64,000 nucleotides of DNA from Selaginella moellendorffii (Eukaryota; Plantae; Lycopodiophyta), in NCBI RefSeq assembly GCF_000143415.4, contig NW_003314311.1:1186769-1250768 (forward strand). Direction: 5' to 3'. Under the pieces are notes generated by a model. It worked only from the letters and a program-made list of their open reading frames with translations, ran no database searches and was not told the origin of the DNA. Made by a program: the position numbers and the translations under genes. Position 1 is the first letter of the stretch; every line of letters starts with the position of its first letter. Of this stretch, positions 60,101 to 64,000 are shown piece after piece.

Positions 60101-63100
60101 ATCATCTAGTAAAGCAAGCCTATCATTGCTAAATCATCATCAAGCAAAGCAAGTGTCAAATAGTCCTCAATGAAGTCTATGAGTAATCACTAGTTGTAAA
60201 GCAACTAACAATCACTCTTTAATTTGCCTTCACAAGACCCAAACACTAAACTTATGTTATCGAGTCATATACTTGTCCAACATGAACATGATACCCCAAG
60301 TACAAGATAAAGGTTCATAGGCAAACACAAACTAAATGACCACTCAAATTTAGCTCAACCGCAATAAGTTCATTAATGCATTTAACCAACAACTCTGAGC
60401 ATGTTTTGAAAAGGCTAATTATGCATGATCAACACTTAGTCGAAACTAAAGTGAAGACCATGAGATGGACTCATATCAATACATAACCTCCTTATAAACA
60501 AAGCTATAGTACAGATACTAACATCTCAATCGCAAACAACTAAGTTAGATATCACTATCCTCAGCTAAGGCGCAAAGTTACCAAGTCCAAGTCAAGATCA
60601 GTGAGAGCTCACTACTCTCATAAAGTCTAACAAAATACAAAGTGCAACCTGCCACCAAGCACAATGTTACATAAAAAAAACACAAAGGTCACCTTTTTAG
60701 AAAAGTGCAATAGCCATTTTTTTACACAAATTCCAGACTCTATCCAACTCAATTGTCTTAGCCCAAAAAATTAACATCCTTTTTGAGTCGTATCATACAA
60801 ATTACTTACTGAGGTTTAAGCTGACTGAAGTCAACTCAAACCCCTTCACTTATTTTTATTGGCTTACAAAAACGGAATGGTTTTCAAGCAAAGTGATTAA
60901 TAAATCAATCATTAGAAAAATCTAAAAAATTTGTGGAAAGTTTTCAATCTTAGAGAAAGAATAACTATCAGTCTAGAAATGCAAACTTTCAAGACTCAAC
61001 CAACTTCCTCTTACCAACAACTTCACATAGATTTACTTCAACACAAAATCTCATGACCTATAGTATGCTTAATCCTCTTATATTTTCAATATCCAACACT
61101 GACATTTGCAATATACAAAATGAACATCCAAGGCTTGATCACGAAGACCATATCTTTGGATATCCAAATTGCACTAACACTCTTTTTCAACCACCTTCAA
61201 GATCCAATGTAAAGCCAAAATACTAATAAAAAAAATGACATGGAAAATCAAATTTTAAGGGAAATTCTTCATCACTCAAAATAATAATGTCAACACAAGT
61301 GCTAGCGATGTCAATGTCTCAACTACACATTTTCTCCATCGAACAATCTACTCTAAGTGTTAACAGATCATTTGACAAGCTATAGCAAATAAATGCTATA
61401 ATTGTTTCCAACACTTTATGGGCAAATCCTCAAGGAAACAATGTACCAACTCAAGCTTAGCATAATGAACCACCATTGAGAATCCAATCAAAGTTACTAC
61501 AATGTTACTACATATAAGTATACTAGCTTCTCCATCAACCACTTTGGGGTCGATCATTGTCTAACTAAGTAGCTTCATAAACACATTGCTCATTATCATA
61601 TGGATGTGATATAAGTATCATAATAACTTTATCATCAATTGAGCAACACCACGAGCAACACCCATGTTATTACTTCAAAAATTTATGTGAATATTAAATG
61701 CCAACTCTATTCAACAAAATACAATATAAATGCCACACCCCATCAATAGAGATTTACAACATCGAACATCACCAACTTTGTTTATAACATAGATAAGCTC
61801 ATAGCACTCTCTTTTTGACTAAAACTCAAAACTAATCCAACACCAAACTATTCAAGAAGCAATAGCAAGGTTCCCCAAAAAAGAATTGAGCATTGTAACC
61901 CAAGTCTTCAATAGTAAGCCTAAACAAAATGGTTTAGCATTTCACTGCTATCCATCCCATAACTCACTATTATCATACCCAATATGCATCAAAATAAGGA
62001 CTCTTAATTGTATGATGTGATGAGTTATGGGTAATTGCACGAGTAATGAGTTAACACCTTATTGCAAATCATTTCTCTAAGAAGAGAAAATGATTTACGT
62101 GTTTAATTCTTCGTCCCTGACAACTCTCTTTTCGGTCTCATCTTTGACTAAACCTCAAGCTTGCATTCGCACTGCTTTCAATCCAATCCAAGAAAAGTTT
62201 ATGAAAAAGCTTAGCAATGACTACTTGAACCAACAGACTAATCCCTACAGTCTTAATTGATCCACTTATAATCATGCCTAAAAAGGATCTACTAGTGTTG
62301 TGCTAAATAGCTACAGACCAGCTTATTTGCCACTCATAGCAAACCTAAGGGAGGTTTACTTTTATCCATGCTATAAAAAACAACTCATAGAACCACCGAT
62401 AAGCTAATATTAATCCTGCCAATGCAAAGTGTAACCTTGAGTTGCTAATATGCTTTACTTATAAGCCTAAGCATAAACTTGTGCTAATGTGCCTCACTCA
62501 CAAGCCCAAGCACAAACTTATGCAAACAGAACATCTCACATCCATTTTATGAACCCTAAAACAAACTCACATAATATAGTATAAAAAGGTAACCAAATCT
62601 ATACCCAAGGAATGAATGCAAAGCCTTTACACCCAAACATATATCCACTTGGATCATCATTTTCACTTTTGCATATGAAATGAAACTAATTGCCTAATCT
62701 CATTGGATAATACTTACTGAGACTTATCCTCTGATACCAAATGTAGCACATGTGGTTTTTACCCTTTATCCTATGGTGATTTACTATAGAATAACCACGA
62801 AGCAGAACCTAAACCCTTTATGTACCACGTATCCAAAGGATAGTGGTGTGGAACCCGAGTTTCAGGGCCTTGGCCATTGAATGAAAGAACAGTGCTGAAC
62901 TCCTAAGCATGGAGCTAAGGAGTGGTGGAACCAAACCACGAATCAACTCCCGAGCATACAGCCCCAAGAGTGAAGGGACAGGAGCATGGAGCAACTTGGA
63001 ACAGTCTTAGAGTATCCAGGATTCCAATGTTAAGATCAACATGCAAAACAAAACTTAGCATTATTTCAACATACCAATGGCTTAATGCGAAAATATAGGT

Positions 63101-63830
63101 ATTAGCATGGTGTGGAACTCAACCTCAGACCCAAGCCCCAAGCCAAATGCAGAACAAAGACATGCACATAAGCAGGAGCTAAACTATACCTCAGGTTGGT
63201 CAGCCATGCCCAACTTACCCATTACCCCTACTATACATTTAAACCCCCCCCCTCCCCAATGAGGAACACATACTTTACGCTTTCACCCCAAACCTCCTTT
63301 AGTGCCAAAAGTTAGAACCAACTTGAAACTTGCTAAATATGGAATATCTCTAGATTGCGAATTTGGCCACAGGACAAACACCATTGTGTTTAGAATAATC
63401 TCTACATTTTATAGATATGCTAAATGAATAAATCTAGACAATTTCCATAAATAGCATTTAAGGCCAAAATAAGACTAACACAAAAGGCATGATAGCGAGG
63501 GTGTTTGGCAAACACGGCAAGCTATCATTCAACGATATTGAGGGACTAATCTTAATACGCAAGGGTTTTTGCTAGGTTAGTGCAAGACAGAGCAAAAGAG
63601 AACTAACAAGCCAGGCTAAGTATGCTCAGCTAGATAGACATTTAGGAATTCCTTCCTTATGCTCATTTGGCCAAGTACAGATGCTAAGTCTAATTTACTA
63701 ACACTTAGATAAAAGGGGCTGATAAAGGGTCTAGCAATATTGACCTCTTACCGTTGTGGTAGTAAAGAAAGAATATCTGAAAGGATTAGCTAACAAGTAA
63801 CTTTTAATACCCACAATCACATTTGCAATA
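57149..63830 (-). mobile_element. Decayed LTR element: LTR 62742-63830 with Met PBS, Copia-type internal remnants, partial LTR 57149-57696
   Basis: PBS TGGTATCAGAG at 62739-62729; DWILNGGS (~61470, protease-like), F*MRLFSKG (~59585) and AFGLKQ (~59325, Copia RT-like). Confidence 0.65.
58663..59258 (-). mobile_element. Complete Cassandra TRIM (195-bp LTRs carrying a 5S rRNA internal promoter region)
   Basis: LTRs 58663-58857 and 59064-59258; PBS TGGTATCAGAG; non-coding 206-bp internal region; TSD ACATT/ACATC; AGTTAAGCGTCCTTGGG...AGTACTGGGCTGGGTGACCTCTCGGGAAGTCC matches 5S rRNA. Confidence 0.93.
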
Positions 63831-64000
63831 TTTGCCTCAACTGGTTGTAATGTATGGCTTATATATGCAATGGGATGGCACTAACTAGGCATACTCAAAC
63901 TCTCTTACATCAACACACCTCCAATACCAATATCAAAAGGATCCACACGCAAAATAAAAGGTCGAATGTAGTTAGGACATGCCAAAACCAAAGGAGTCGT

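Overview
Eukaryotic plant genomic DNA, most consistent with a lycophyte such as Selaginella. This is an inference from the very short GT-AG introns, tight gene spacing and PLS-class PPR genes. The window has five zones. (1) 1-1.7 kb: two tandem genes for a small secreted peptide. (2) 2.9-12.9 kb: nested, degenerate Ty3/Gypsy elements (a chromovirus with a Met PBS), with a Cassandra remnant and a fold-back repair scar. (3) 13.6-22.6 kb: a dense gene block containing a fungal-like orphan ORF, a GDSL lipase, a helicase-less ZNFX1-like NFX1/TPR/RZ-finger gene, PRL1, a coiled-coil gene and PEX19. (4) 23.5-56.3 kb: a rearranged block punctuated by a 0.5-0.7 kb repeat carrying tRNA-like A/B boxes. 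It holds an 8-Cys peptide gene, an HSP20 gene and a ~4.6 kb inverted duplication (PPR plus Orn/Lys/Arg decarboxylase, one decarboxylase copy pseudogenised). It also holds a Gypsy element with a nested, young non-autonomous LTR element, two paralogous orphan genes and a PPR pseudogene. (5) 56.5-64 kb: LTR fragments, a decayed Copia-type internal region and a complete 5S-rRNA-bearing Cassandra TRIM. All calls come from manual reading and recalled motifs; no searches were run, and some boundaries are approximate.
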